Positions 25,937 to 35,165 of a DNA stretch of 64,000 nt are shown one piece after another. The DNA comes from an uncultured bacterium (GTDB lineage: Bacteria; Fermentibacterota; Fermentibacteria; Fermentibacterales; JCC-6). The DNA lies in assembly GCA_964571965.1 (NCBI GenBank), contig CAZNFQ010000002.1:2363-66362 (forward strand), written 5' to 3'. Under the pieces are notes generated by a model. It ran no database searches. It had not been told where the DNA came from and worked only from the letters and a program-made list of their open reading frames with translations. Within the stretch, counting starts at the first letter, position 1. Each line of letters starts with the position of its first letter. The translations under genes and the position numbers were made by a program.

Positions 25937-25980
25937 GCCGCACGCGATCTTAACGGTTGCGTGCGGCTACATGTTTTTCA
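25937..25980. terminator. bidirectional rho-independent terminator
   Basis: Inverted repeat GCCGCACGC...GCGTGCGGC flanked by CTTTTCTGTG (as read on the minus strand) and a plus-strand T-run; between the convergent ferredoxin and glycosyltransferase genes. Confidence 0.5.
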
Positions 25981-27133
25981 TGAGAAAGGTGTAGAGTTGA
26001 AATAACTCTTCCACCATTATTTTTGCGCTGAAAGGCTTCAGGTCCTGGTCCACCGTACTGAGAAGTTCTTCACGAAGTTCCGGAGATTCGATCAGCCTGA
26101 TTACACCGGATGACAGACAGTCAAGGTCGCCGTGGGCACATAGAAAACCGTTCCTCAGGCCGTTTACCAGTTCAGCAATTCCCCCCACATCGGTTGCAAC
26201 CACGGGAATTTTCACGGCCAGAGCCTCCAGCATCGCCCTTGGCAGGCCCTCACTTCTTGACGTAAGAAGGAAGACGTCGAAAGCGGGAAGTATCTCCGCC
26301 ACATCTTTTCGGCTTCCAAGAAGCATGAAGTTTTCCTGAAGATTCAGTTCTGCAACGTATGAATGCATGTAATCGGAGAGAGGGCCGTCGCCAACAATGA
26401 CGAACCTGGCGGAGGGATGCTTTGCTATGACCCTTGCAGCCACGTCAACGATGGCTTCAGGATGCTTCTGGGGTGCCAGTCTTATCACCGTTCCCACAAC
26501 GGGAGAGTCCTGGGGAATGCCAAGCATTTCCCTGGATTCCCTTTTCTTCCCCCGTTTGCTGAGGAAGGAATCAAATTCAACACCGCTCCTGATGAGCTGG
26601 TAGTCTTCAGGTTTGCCGATGCCCCAGTTGACCCCTTTTCGTATGTCGTGGGGGCTTACAACTATATTGGAGTGGGCAAGACCGTAACCAAGCTTTTCAA
26701 GAGTTGAAAAGAAAGCTTTCTGGAGCAGGGGCATGGTATCGAAGAAAGACCATCCGTGAACCGTTTGAACTATCTTCACGGGATACTTTGCCCTGGAGGC
26801 GGCCAGGCGGCCAAGAAATTTTGCCTTTGAACCATGGGTGTGCACGATTGAGAAATTGTGGTCCTCGATAATTTTCTTTATTTCATAAAATGCCCGTATG
26901 TCGTGATAAGGAGAGAGTTTTCTTATGAGATGGGGAGCTTCATAAACGGGGATACCGTACTTTTCGGAGAGATCGCTGAAGGTTCCTTCAGGAGAGATCT
27001 CAGGGCCTGTGAGAACCGCTGACGGGTAACCCATTCGAGAGATATCACGGCAGCTGATAAGGGTATTCATCTGGGCCCCGCCCACGGCCATCTTGGTAAT
27101 TATGTGCAGGATAGAGGTTTTGTTATCAGGCAT
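25967..27133 (-). CDS. glycosyltransferase family 4 (GT-B fold)
   Basis: C-terminal EGLPRAMLEALAVKIPVVATDVGGIAELV motif typical of GT1/GT4 retaining transferases. Start set at internal MPDNKTSILHII rather than the longer ORF-track start. Confidence 0.75.
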   Translation of the reverse strand: MPDNKTSILHIITKMAVGGAQMNTLISCRDISRMGYPSAVLTGPEISPEGTFSDLSEKYGIPVYEAPHLIRKLSPYHDIRAFYEIKKIIEDHNFSIVHTHGSKAKFLGRLAASRAKYPVKIVQTVHGWSFFDTMPLLQKAFFSTLEKLGYGLAHSNIVVSPHDIRKGVNWGIGKPEDYQLIRSGVEFDSFLSKRGKKRESREMLGIPQDSPVVGTVIRLAPQKHPEAIVDVAARVIAKHPSARFVIVGDGPLSDYMHSYVAELNLQENFMLLGSRKDVAEILPAFDVFLLTSRSEGLPRAMLEALAVKIPVVATDVGGIAELVNGLRNGFLCAHGDLDCLSSGVIRLIESPELREELLSTVDQDLKPFSAKIMVEELFQLYTFLMKNM

Positions 27134-27644
27134 TTTTCCCGGTTGTTCCAGAAGGTTTGCGGAAGTAGAGGCATAACCGGTAGAAAACAATGGCAAGAAC
27201 TGTAAGTGCCGAGTAGAACAGAGGGCTTATGAACACGCAGCCCACAAGCCAGAACCCTACCAGGGGGATTATAAGTTTCCTGAAATGCCAGGATACTGAT
27301 TCGGGATTTTTACTCCCGTAACCGTTGTAATCCCTGAAAAGATCTTCAGCAAAGCTGAAGAGAACCACGGATATTGCTGTCAGCGCAAGATGAAGAGGCA
27401 TGCCTCCCTTAAGATGCTGGTTATCTGCGAATGCAAGCAGCGCCGTAATGAATGGAAGCATGAGAAGACCCGTCAGAAGGAATCTCATGCCCCAGAGCAG
27501 CGCTGAGTCTGAAGAGAATTCTCCATTTTTCTTCTCAATCAATTTTATGAATCGATGAAGGAGATACCTGGACAGCTTGAACAGAGACATGAGTACCAGA
27601 ACTACTCCAAGGACTATGCCGTAATCTGTAAGTCTCTGTGTCAC
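27126..27644 (-). CDS. hypothetical polytopic membrane protein
   Basis: 172 aa, about four predicted TM helices, no motif I recognise. Confidence 0.45.
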   Translation of the reverse strand: MTQRLTDYGIVLGVVLVLMSLFKLSRYLLHRFIKLIEKKNGEFSSDSALLWGMRFLLTGLLMLPFITALLAFADNQHLKGGMPLHLALTAISVVLFSFAEDLFRDYNGYGSKNPESVSWHFRKLIIPLVGFWLVGCVFISPLFYSALTVLAIVFYRLCLYFRKPSGTTGKNA

Positions 27645-28192
27645 TTGGACTTCCTTCCTTTTTTAAGCTGATACACCAGACCTGTGAAGCCCACAGCTAT
27701 GGCAATTAGCCAGTAGATGTATACTCCGGCAAACACCCCTGTCCAGGCAAGAAGATTTACTGAACCGGTTGCTGTAAGCGATGCCCCTATAAGCGCCGTA
27801 AGTACCGAGAATACAAAATTTCTGAAGAAGTAAACAAGAGCACCTGTTCCAAGGGAGATACCCACTGCCGCGAGAACTGAAGTTCCGGGGAGAAAAATCT
27901 CTGCCAGGAAGAACCCCAGGAAAAACCCCGCAGCGAAAAAAGCGAACCGGTAGAGAATAAGTACAATTACCGCAAGCAGAATGGAGATTGCCACGGGACC
28001 CCATTTGAGAAGGCCGGGGTCTTCAGTGAAAGAGGCCATGATACCGCCGCCGTAGAGAAAACCGGAAGCCAGAGCGGAAAGAACCAGGGCCAGTATGACC
28101 AGTCTTCTGCCGGCGAATGCAAGGAGCAGGCCGCACACCAGCATAAGTCCCGGTGCCAGAAGCGGTTGATAAACAACAAGCTCGCCGAGCAT
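27641..28192 (-). CDS. hypothetical polytopic membrane protein
   Basis: 183 aa, about five to six TM helices rich in G, A and F; overlaps the neighbouring genes by 4 nt and 1 nt. Confidence 0.45.
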   Translation of the reverse strand: MLGELVVYQPLLAPGLMLVCGLLLAFAGRRLVILALVLSALASGFLYGGGIMASFTEDPGLLKWGPVAISILLAVIVLILYRFAFFAAGFFLGFFLAEIFLPGTSVLAAVGISLGTGALVYFFRNFVFSVLTALIGASLTATGSVNLLAWTGVFAGVYIYWLIAIAVGFTGLVYQLKKGRKSK

Positions 28193-28851
28193 CAGGAACT
28201 TGCCGCCATTCTGACTATATCCCCCAGACCCTGTATTTCCAGGGCTGCTCCGGTGCCGTCGAAGTCTCTGTTGTAGCGATTTCTCACAAGAACTACTTTC
28301 ATTCCCGCTGCATTACCGGCTTTGATCCCCTTCATGGCATCTTCAAAAACCAGGCAGTCTTCCGGATGGACACAAAGAACTTCAGCTGCACGAAGGAAAA
28401 TGTCCGGTGCGGGTTTGCTTTTGAGACCCTCACCTCCTACCACCGGAGGAAGAACCGATACTGCTGAACCGATAATTCTCCTCACAAGCCCGCTGTGTGT
28501 ATTGGAAGCAATTGCGCAGGATCTTTGCTTCATTACCCCGGATAGAGCCTCTGCCGCCAGAGGAAACAATGGTATTCTGTCCGCAAGGCAGAAGTCTCTG
28601 TATATCTCTCTCTGCTTTTCCTTTTCCCTCTCAGGGAATTGAATCCTGAGACCTGTTCTTTCCATCTCTCCCTCCAGTCCTTCCCCGAGATATGACCAGT
28701 GTTTCCAGTATGCGTCTTCAGGAACGCTGTGATGAAAGGAGGAAAGAACAAGGTTCCAGGATTTCCTGTAAAAGGGCTCACTGTCCGCAAGAACTCCGTC
28801 AAAGTCGAAAAGCACGGCTCTGGAACCGTGCCAGAGGTTGTGCAGATTCAC
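28192..28851 (-). CDS. HAD-superfamily hydrolase (beta-phosphoglucomutase-like)
   Basis: N-terminal LFDFDGVLADSEP DxDG nucleophile motif; 219 aa. Confidence 0.75.
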   Translation of the reverse strand: MNLHNLWHGSRAVLFDFDGVLADSEPFYRKSWNLVLSSFHHSVPEDAYWKHWSYLGEGLEGEMERTGLRIQFPEREKEKQREIYRDFCLADRIPLFPLAAEALSGVMKQRSCAIASNTHSGLVRRIIGSAVSVLPPVVGGEGLKSKPAPDIFLRAAEVLCVHPEDCLVFEDAMKGIKAGNAAGMKVVLVRNRYNRDFDGTGAALEIQGLGDIVRMAASS

Positions 28852-28910
28852 CGATAATCCTCCGGGGTCTGGTTGGAAAAGGTCTTTTCAACAATAGTAT
28901 CATATCTATT

Positions 28911-29846
28911 ATGCAACTCAAATTCCATAGAGATGGAGGTTTCACCTTGCTGGCGAATTTCAAAGAGATACGGGAAGCTGCAAGAGCGCGGTCCGGTATA
29001 AGGGTAGCTGTGCCAATGGGACATGATCCCGCATCGCTGAAGGCTCTTATCGAAGCTTCTGAAACAGGTCTTGCAGGAAGCGTGGTCATCGGCCCTGAAG
29101 CAGAGGTGAAGAAATCACTTATGGAAACGGGCTTGAGCCTTCCCGGTGACATACAGATAGTGAACTGCACTGACCCCTCAGAAGCGGCAATTCAGGCCGT
29201 CAAACTGGTTAGCTCCGGGGAGGTGGGGCTTCTGATGAAGGGTCTCATTAAAACTTCCATATTTCAGAAAGCCATACTGGACAAGGAGTTTGGTCTTCGA
29301 ACCGGCAGAGTGCTAAGCCATGTTGCAGTGGTGCACGTTCCAAGACAAAACAGACTTGTGGCGATAACCGATGGCGGAATGAATATCAGACCGGACATTG
29401 AACAGGCAAAGCAGATAGCTTCAAATGCCGGAGACATAATGGTTCGTCTGGGAGCGGAGAAACCCCTTATAGCGTTTCTTGCAGCGGTTGAAGTGGTGAA
29501 CGGGAAGATGCCCGAAACCGTGCTCTGGGACCAGATAGTCAGAGAGGGCATAGAAGGAGCCGAGGTAGCAGGACCTGTTGCCGTAGACGGGGCAATGGAT
29601 CCGGAAGCCGCTGAGATAAAGAATATGACCGGACCGGTGGCAGGAAAAGCCAACGTTCTGGTAACGCCGGATATTGCCTGCGGAAACATTTTCGCAAAGG
29701 GCTTCATGTACATGACCGATGCGGAGGTAGGGGGCATAATAGCAGGGGCATCTGCGCCTGTGGTAATGCTGAGCAGGTCAGACACAGCAGAAACGAAACT
29801 GAACAGTCTTGCCCTGGGAGTGGTGGTCACAGGAGGTGAAAAGTGA
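28911..29846 (+). CDS. ptb: phosphate butyryltransferase / phosphate acyltransferase
   Basis: About 312 aa from the internal MQLKFHRDGG start; the 28692 ORF start would overlap the divergent HAD gene. Pta/Ptb fold; immediately upstream of butyrate kinase. Confidence 0.8.
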   Translation: MQLKFHRDGGFTLLANFKEIREAARARSGIRVAVPMGHDPASLKALIEASETGLAGSVVIGPEAEVKKSLMETGLSLPGDIQIVNCTDPSEAAIQAVKLVSSGEVGLLMKGLIKTSIFQKAILDKEFGLRTGRVLSHVAVVHVPRQNRLVAITDGGMNIRPDIEQAKQIASNAGDIMVRLGAEKPLIAFLAAVEVVNGKMPETVLWDQIVREGIEGAEVAGPVAVDGAMDPEAAEIKNMTGPVAGKANVLVTPDIACGNIFAKGFMYMTDAEVGGIIAGASAPVVMLSRSDTAETKLNSLALGVVVTGGEK

Positions 29847-30919
29847 GCAGAAGGCTGATACTGGCCGTGAATCCCGGTGGCACCTCCACCAAGATGGGCC
29901 TTTTCGACAATGATAATATGCTTTTCGAGGAGAACATTCATCACGATCCTTCAGAGCTTGAGCCCTTCGGTTCCACCTACGATCAGATGGGATTCAGGAA
30001 AGACATTGTTCTCGATACACTGAAGGCAAAGGGATACTCTCCGGAAGACCTCACCGCAGTTGTGGGAAGGGGAGGGACCTTCAAACCTCTGGAAAGCGGA
30101 ACTTACAGGGTAAACGGCAAACTGCTTGAAGACATAGAGGAAGGTTCCACCCTTCAGGCTGATCACCCGTCAAACCTGGGAGCGCCTATTTCCATGGCCA
30201 TTGCATCCTCCGCGGGAATCCCCGCTTATTTCGTCGATCCTGTCTGCGTGGATGAAATGGTGGATGAGGCCCGTTACAGCGGCCACCCGCTTCTTCCAAG
30301 AAAGAGCCTCAGCCATGCTCTCAATATCAGAATGGTTGCCTACAAAGCTGCCGCGGAACTTAAGAGACCCCTTGGCGAACTGAATCTGGTGGTGATGCAC
30401 CTTGGAAGCGGAGTCAGCGTTAACGCCATTCGCCGCGGAAGAATGATAGACACCAATAACGCCAATGACGGTGGTCCATTCAGCTCCACAAGAACAGGCG
30501 GACTTCCAGTGACAGGTTTGATGAAGATATGTCTCAGCGGTAAATACTCTGCGGGAGAACTTAAAAAAATGTTTCTCAAACACGGCGGGGTGTATGCCTA
30601 TCTGGGAGAAGAGCACGTGGGTAAGGTCAGGAAAATCGCGGAAGCCGGAGACAGCAGAGCAAATGGTGTTCTCAGAGGAATGGCCTATCAGATGGCCAAG
30701 GAGGCAGGTGCCATGTCTGCCGCTCTCAAAGGATCCGTTGATGCTGTTGTCATAACCGGAGGCATGGCATATAACTCCTGGCTGGTGGAGGAACTCGAGG
30801 GTTATCTCGCATACCTGGGGAAAATTCTAGTCTTTCCCGGAGAAGCAGAACTTGAGGCACTGGTCAGAGGTGTTCTCAGGGTTATGGATGGAATAGAAAA
30901 GGAAAAGGAATACATATAG
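29843..30919 (+). CDS. buk: butyrate kinase (acetokinase family)
   Basis: 358 aa; ILAVNPGGTSTKMGLF N-terminus typical of butyrate kinase; overlaps ptb by 4 nt. Confidence 0.9.
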   Translation: MSRRLILAVNPGGTSTKMGLFDNDNMLFEENIHHDPSELEPFGSTYDQMGFRKDIVLDTLKAKGYSPEDLTAVVGRGGTFKPLESGTYRVNGKLLEDIEEGSTLQADHPSNLGAPISMAIASSAGIPAYFVDPVCVDEMVDEARYSGHPLLPRKSLSHALNIRMVAYKAAAELKRPLGELNLVVMHLGSGVSVNAIRRGRMIDTNNANDGGPFSSTRTGGLPVTGLMKICLSGKYSAGELKKMFLKHGGVYAYLGEEHVGKVRKIAEAGDSRANGVLRGMAYQMAKEAGAMSAALKGSVDAVVITGGMAYNSWLVEELEGYLAYLGKILVFPGEAELEALVRGVLRVMDGIEKEKEYI

Positions 30920-30936
30920 AAAACAGAAAGGCAAGA

Positions 30937-32727
30937 ATGAGGAAGAAACTCAACGAAGTTGATTCCGGGAAGATGTTCCTTTCGGGAAATGAGGCCATTG
31001 CAAGGGGAGCGTGGGAAAACGGCGTTCATTTTGCAAGCTCTTATCCCGGAACACCTTCAACGGAGATAATGGAGACCATCGGAGAAGAGTATCCTGAAAT
31101 TGACGCCCAGTGGGCCCCCAACGAAAAAGTGGGAATGGAAGTTATTGCCGGAGCATCCTTTGCCGGAGCACGGGTTCTTACTTCCATGAAGCATGTGGGT
31201 CTTAACGTTGCCGCAGATCCCTTCTTCACTCTGAGTTACATTGGAGCAACCGGTGGAATCGTCATAGTCAGTGCCGATGACCCCGGTGTTCACTCATCGC
31301 AGAATGAGCAGGATAACAGGCTCATGGGCAGAGCGGCAAAGGTGGTCATCCTCGAACCCTCCGACAGCCAGGAAGCCAAGGACTTCACAGGAGCGGCTCT
31401 TGATATAAGCGAGAAGTTCGACACTCCGGTGATGCTCAGGGTGACAACCAGGGTTTGTCACTCGAAGAGCCTTGTGGAAGTGGGGCCAAGGAAAAACATA
31501 GAAGTGACTGGATACACCAAGGACATCTCCAAGAGAGTTCCAATTCCCGCAAACTCCAGAAAGATGCACAGCAGGGTAGTGAAGAGGCTGCTTGCTCTGG
31601 AGGAATGGGGAAGCGAAAGCTCCCTTAACAGAATGGAAATTGGCGACACTTCTCTGGGTATCATCACCAGCGGAATCAGTTATCAGTACGTTAAGGAAGT
31701 ACATCCCGATGCAAGTGTCCTTAAGCTTGGAATGACGAATCCTCTTCCATGGAAACTCATAGGAGAATTTCTGGAAAAGGTGGACAGTGTGATGTTCGTG
31801 GAGGAAGGAGAGCCCTATCTCGAAGAGAGAATCAGGTCTCATTTCCTTGTTGACGGACAAGGGAGCGAGCTCATCTCCGTGGAGGGAGAGCTCAATCCGG
31901 AACTTGTCAGAAAGGGCATAAAGAACGGAGAACAGCTTCCCCTTACCTGGTCTTCCGTGGAGCTTCCGGGAAGGCCTCCTGCCCTTTGCCCCGGATGCCC
32001 TCACAGAGGAGCTTTTCACTCACTTTCGAAACTTCAGGCTAGTTCAACAGGAGACATCGGCTGCTATACCCTGGGGCTCATGCCCCCATACAATGCTCTG
32101 GAAACGGTTGTTTGCATGGGAGCCGCCGTGGGGGTTCTGGCAGGAATCGAGAAGGCTCTGGGATCAGACAATATGCCTAAACTGGTTGGTGCAATCGGTG
32201 AATCAACATTTGTTCATTCGGGCATAACAGGGCTCATAGACATGGTTTACAACGGCAACAAGGGAACCATAATGGTCATGGACAACAGTCTTACGGCCAT
32301 GACAGGCGGTCAGCAGAACCCCACCACGGGGAAAACTCTCCGGGGAAATCAGGCACCTGTGCTGGACATAGAAAAGGTCGTAAGAGCATGCGGAGTTAAG
32401 CACGTTGTAACGGTTGATCCCCATGACCTTCCTGAAATGAAGAGGGTTCTCAGGGAAGAGATGGAGAGGAAAGAACTCAGCGTCATCATTACCAGAAGAC
32501 CCTGCATCATGGCCTACAAACCAAAGAGAAAAACCGTTGCGGTTCACCATCCTGATAAGTGCATTCACTGCAAACTCTGCCTTAAACTGGGCTGCCCTGC
32601 AATCAGCTGGGACAGCGAGAAGAACATCCCCATTATTAACGAGATGCTCTGCTGGCCAAACTGCAACCTCTGTGTTCAGGTGTGTCCCAAGGACGCGCTG
32701 TCAAAGGATCTTGAGGGGGTAATCTGA
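30937..32727 (+). CDS. iorA: indolepyruvate:ferredoxin oxidoreductase alpha subunit
   Basis: 596 aa; thiamine-diphosphate enzyme with a C-terminal 2x[4Fe-4S] cluster (CIHCKLCLKLGCP...CNLCVQVCP). Confidence 0.9.
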   Translation: MRKKLNEVDSGKMFLSGNEAIARGAWENGVHFASSYPGTPSTEIMETIGEEYPEIDAQWAPNEKVGMEVIAGASFAGARVLTSMKHVGLNVAADPFFTLSYIGATGGIVIVSADDPGVHSSQNEQDNRLMGRAAKVVILEPSDSQEAKDFTGAALDISEKFDTPVMLRVTTRVCHSKSLVEVGPRKNIEVTGYTKDISKRVPIPANSRKMHSRVVKRLLALEEWGSESSLNRMEIGDTSLGIITSGISYQYVKEVHPDASVLKLGMTNPLPWKLIGEFLEKVDSVMFVEEGEPYLEERIRSHFLVDGQGSELISVEGELNPELVRKGIKNGEQLPLTWSSVELPGRPPALCPGCPHRGAFHSLSKLQASSTGDIGCYTLGLMPPYNALETVVCMGAAVGVLAGIEKALGSDNMPKLVGAIGESTFVHSGITGLIDMVYNGNKGTIMVMDNSLTAMTGGQQNPTTGKTLRGNQAPVLDIEKVVRACGVKHVVTVDPHDLPEMKRVLREEMERKELSVIITRRPCIMAYKPKRKTVAVHHPDKCIHCKLCLKLGCPAISWDSEKNIPIINEMLCWPNCNLCVQVCPKDALSKDLEGVI

Positions 32728-33302
32728 TGGAGAAGGTAAAGAACGTTATCATCTGCGGTACCGGCGGTCAGGGTATTCTTCTTGCAAGCGAGGTTCTTTG
32801 CAGCGCCGCCTGGCGGGCCGGATTCGATGTTAAGAAGAGCGAGGTGCACGGCATGGCTCAGCGGGGCGGCGCCGTGTCCAGCCACGTGAGGTTCGGAAAG
32901 AAGGTCAGCAGTGTCCTTGTGGAGAAGGGAGCCGCAGACATTGTGCTTGCCATGGAAAAAATGGAAGCTCTCCGGTGGTTGGAGTACCTGTCTCCTCAGG
33001 GCAAGCTGATAATCTGCGACCTTCGCATAGATCCCATGACGGTAAATACCGGTCAGGCGGAGTACCCCGACGTGAACGGAATAATTGATGGAATGGGAGT
33101 TCCCAGTCTTTTCATGCCGGTGCATGACATAGCCATGGAGCTTGGAAACATCAGGGTGGTTAACGTCATCATGCTGGGAGCAGCATCGAAGCAGCTGCCG
33201 GAAATACCGGAAAAACACTGGTTCGACGCCATAGAAGAGAGGGTTCCCCCAAAGGCTCTTGAAGTAAACCTTAAGGCTTTCAGCAGGGGCAAGGCCCTGT
33301 AG
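32727..33302 (+). CDS. iorB: indolepyruvate:ferredoxin oxidoreductase beta subunit
   Basis: 191 aa; MEKVKNVIICGTGGQGILLASEVL gamma-domain-like N-terminus; translationally coupled to iorA. Confidence 0.85.
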   Translation: MEKVKNVIICGTGGQGILLASEVLCSAAWRAGFDVKKSEVHGMAQRGGAVSSHVRFGKKVSSVLVEKGAADIVLAMEKMEALRWLEYLSPQGKLIICDLRIDPMTVNTGQAEYPDVNGIIDGMGVPSLFMPVHDIAMELGNIRVVNVIMLGAASKQLPEIPEKHWFDAIEERVPPKALEVNLKAFSRGKAL

Positions 33303-33311
33303 GGCGTTAAT

Positions 33312-33863
33312 ATGGAGTGGGTTCTGGGAGTTCTGGCAGGAATATCCCTCAGTGCCGCTTGCGGTTTCAGGGTATTCGTTCCCCTTCTGGTTATGAGCAT
33401 AGCTGCACAGACCGGACACCTGGTACCCGCTTCAGGGTTTCAGTGGCTGGGAAGCACACCGGCACTTGTCTGTTTCTCAGTTGCAACCGCCGTGGAGATA
33501 GCCGCATATTTCATTCCGGTTGTGAACAACCTCCTGGACACTGTGGCAACACCTGCGGCTGCTGTTGCAGGTACGGTTCTCACCGCATCCATGGTCGGAG
33601 AGGTTTCTCCCTGGTTCCGGTGGGTACTGGCGGCGGTAGCAGGAGGTTCCGTTGCCGGAGGAATACAGCTGGCAACGGTTTCCCTGAGATCCGCAGCGGC
33701 TCCGGTTGGAGGAAGCGGTGTGGTTTCCGCCCTTGAAGACGGCGCAGCGGTGGTTACTTCTGTTTTGGCTGTGGTTCTTCCTGTTCTTACGGCGATGATC
33801 CTTCTTGTGTTCGGAGTTTATGTAATGAGAAGGAAACAAAAAGTCCGGGCGGGGATAGAGTAA
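33312..33863 (+). CDS. DUF4126-like membrane protein
   Basis: 183 aa, Ala/Gly/Val-rich four-TM protein, GFRVFVPLLVMSIAAQTGHL; from memory of the family, not verified. Confidence 0.5.
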   Translation: MEWVLGVLAGISLSAACGFRVFVPLLVMSIAAQTGHLVPASGFQWLGSTPALVCFSVATAVEIAAYFIPVVNNLLDTVATPAAAVAGTVLTASMVGEVSPWFRWVLAAVAGGSVAGGIQLATVSLRSAAAPVGGSGVVSALEDGAAVVTSVLAVVLPVLTAMILLVFGVYVMRRKQKVRAGIE

Positions 33864-33888
33864 TGAGAAACATCAATATTCGATAGGA

Positions 33889-34476
33889 GTGGAAATGTTA
33901 TCAGTTTTCTTATCAGCGGTTCTTCTTTCCTATGCACCGGGAACCATAGTACTCAGCGAAATAATGTACAATCCGGACGGGCAGACCCTAGGTCTGGACG
34001 AGCATATGGAATGGTTCGAGTTATACAATGCGTCGGATGAGGGGCTGAACCTGGCCGGTATGATGATCTCCGACGGCAACAACCAGATATATCTGGGCCA
34101 CTATCTGCTGGCTCCCGGTGCATACGGAGTGGTTTGCGCCAATGACGCCTCCTTCAAATCCGTATATGGAAACGACGTCAGGCTGATCCCCTGGAGCGGA
34201 GAATGGACCAGACTTAGAAACTCAAGCGATGAACTGATCCTCTACGGAGAAGAGGGTACGGTTATGGAATCCGTTACCTACTACGACAGCTGGGGAGTCA
34301 ATGGAAGCGAACCGTCGCCGGCAGACGGCGACGGATCCTCTCTGGAGAGGATAGACTTCTCAGGACCCAACGACGAAACCAACTGGGCTCCCTCCAGGGA
34401 CTTCAACCACAATGATGACAACGGAGATCCGGTGTGCTGGGGAACCCCGGGAGCTGAAAACTCGGTGGCGGACTAG
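33889..34476 (+). CDS. secreted lamin-tail-domain (LTD) protein
   Basis: Signal-peptide-like N-terminus; LSEIMYNPDG...EWFELYN...LAPGAYGVVCAND... is the LTD signature. Stop TAG overlaps the convergent DUF4956 stop at a CTAG palindrome. Confidence 0.7.
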   Translation: MEMLSVFLSAVLLSYAPGTIVLSEIMYNPDGQTLGLDEHMEWFELYNASDEGLNLAGMMISDGNNQIYLGHYLLAPGAYGVVCANDASFKSVYGNDVRLIPWSGEWTRLRNSSDELILYGEEGTVMESVTYYDSWGVNGSEPSPADGDGSSLERIDFSGPNDETNWAPSRDFNHNDDNGDPVCWGTPGAENSVAD

Positions 34477-35165
34477 AACTCGCTGTCCTCCATGGAACTC
34501 ACAAGGCTTACCCTGTCTATGCCGGCGGTTCTTTCAAGGGTGCTCACAAGGCCGCCGGCGTTCACTCCTCTTTTCAGGGTTATATCGTAGGAGAGAACCA
34601 GGAACTGTCCCTCTCCCGAGGGCTCTATGTGGATAAGGGTTGATCTGGAGGTCTTTTCACTTATCAGTTTCGTATAAATTGCCTCAACTCCGGAATTCCT
34701 GTCGAACCTGAAACGGAGTACGTATTCACTGCGCATGTACGCTCCGAAATTCGTTTTGAACAGTACAAGCGCCACCCCTCCTATGAAAACCGATGAAACA
34801 GCTGTAAGGAGATAGTTGCCCGTTCCCGAGGCAATGCCTTCCGTGAGGGCGAAGAAAACAAAAGCTGTGTCTCTTGTATCTTTTATAACCGTTCTGAAAC
34901 GTACGATGGTAAGGGCGCCGACCAGTGCGAAGGCCCTTGCAAGGTTGCTTCCGATAACCATCATCACTGCACTGACCGTTATACACATGAGAACAAGGGT
35001 GACCACGAAATTCTGGGAGTATGTCAAACCCCTGTGTGTAGCCTTGTATATGATCCCGATCAGAAGTCCTGCGGCAAGAGCCAGAAATAGATTGATTATA
35101 AGTTCCGCAGGAGAGTACCCCAGCATCTCGTTTCCGGTATTCATCCACTGGCTCAGTGATGGCAA
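34473..35165 (-). CDS. DUF4956-domain membrane protein
   Basis: 230 aa; four N-terminal TM helices with the ALVGALTIVRFRT motif and a soluble C-terminal domain; last gene of the CotH/VTC operon. Confidence 0.65.
   Translation of the reverse strand: MPSLSQWMNTGNEMLGYSPAELIINLFLALAAGLLIGIIYKATHRGLTYSQNFVVTLVLMCITVSAVMMVIGSNLARAFALVGALTIVRFRTVIKDTRDTAFVFFALTEGIASGTGNYLLTAVSSVFIGGVALVLFKTNFGAYMRSEYVLRFRFDRNSGVEAIYTKLISEKTSRSTLIHIEPSGEGQFLVLSYDITLKRGVNAGGLVSTLERTAGIDRVSLVSSMEDSEF

Noticed and set aside
28692-28910. N-terminal 73-aa extension of the ptb ORF
   Set aside because: It would overlap the divergent HAD hydrolase gene by 160 nt. The extension is Arg/Cys-rich and non-conserved. The internal ATG at 28911 gives a normal-length Ptb.
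29264-33419. Several 200-250-aa minus-strand ORFs antisense to ptb, iorA and iorB
   Set aside because: Shadow ORFs; the plus-strand genes carry unambiguous enzyme motifs.
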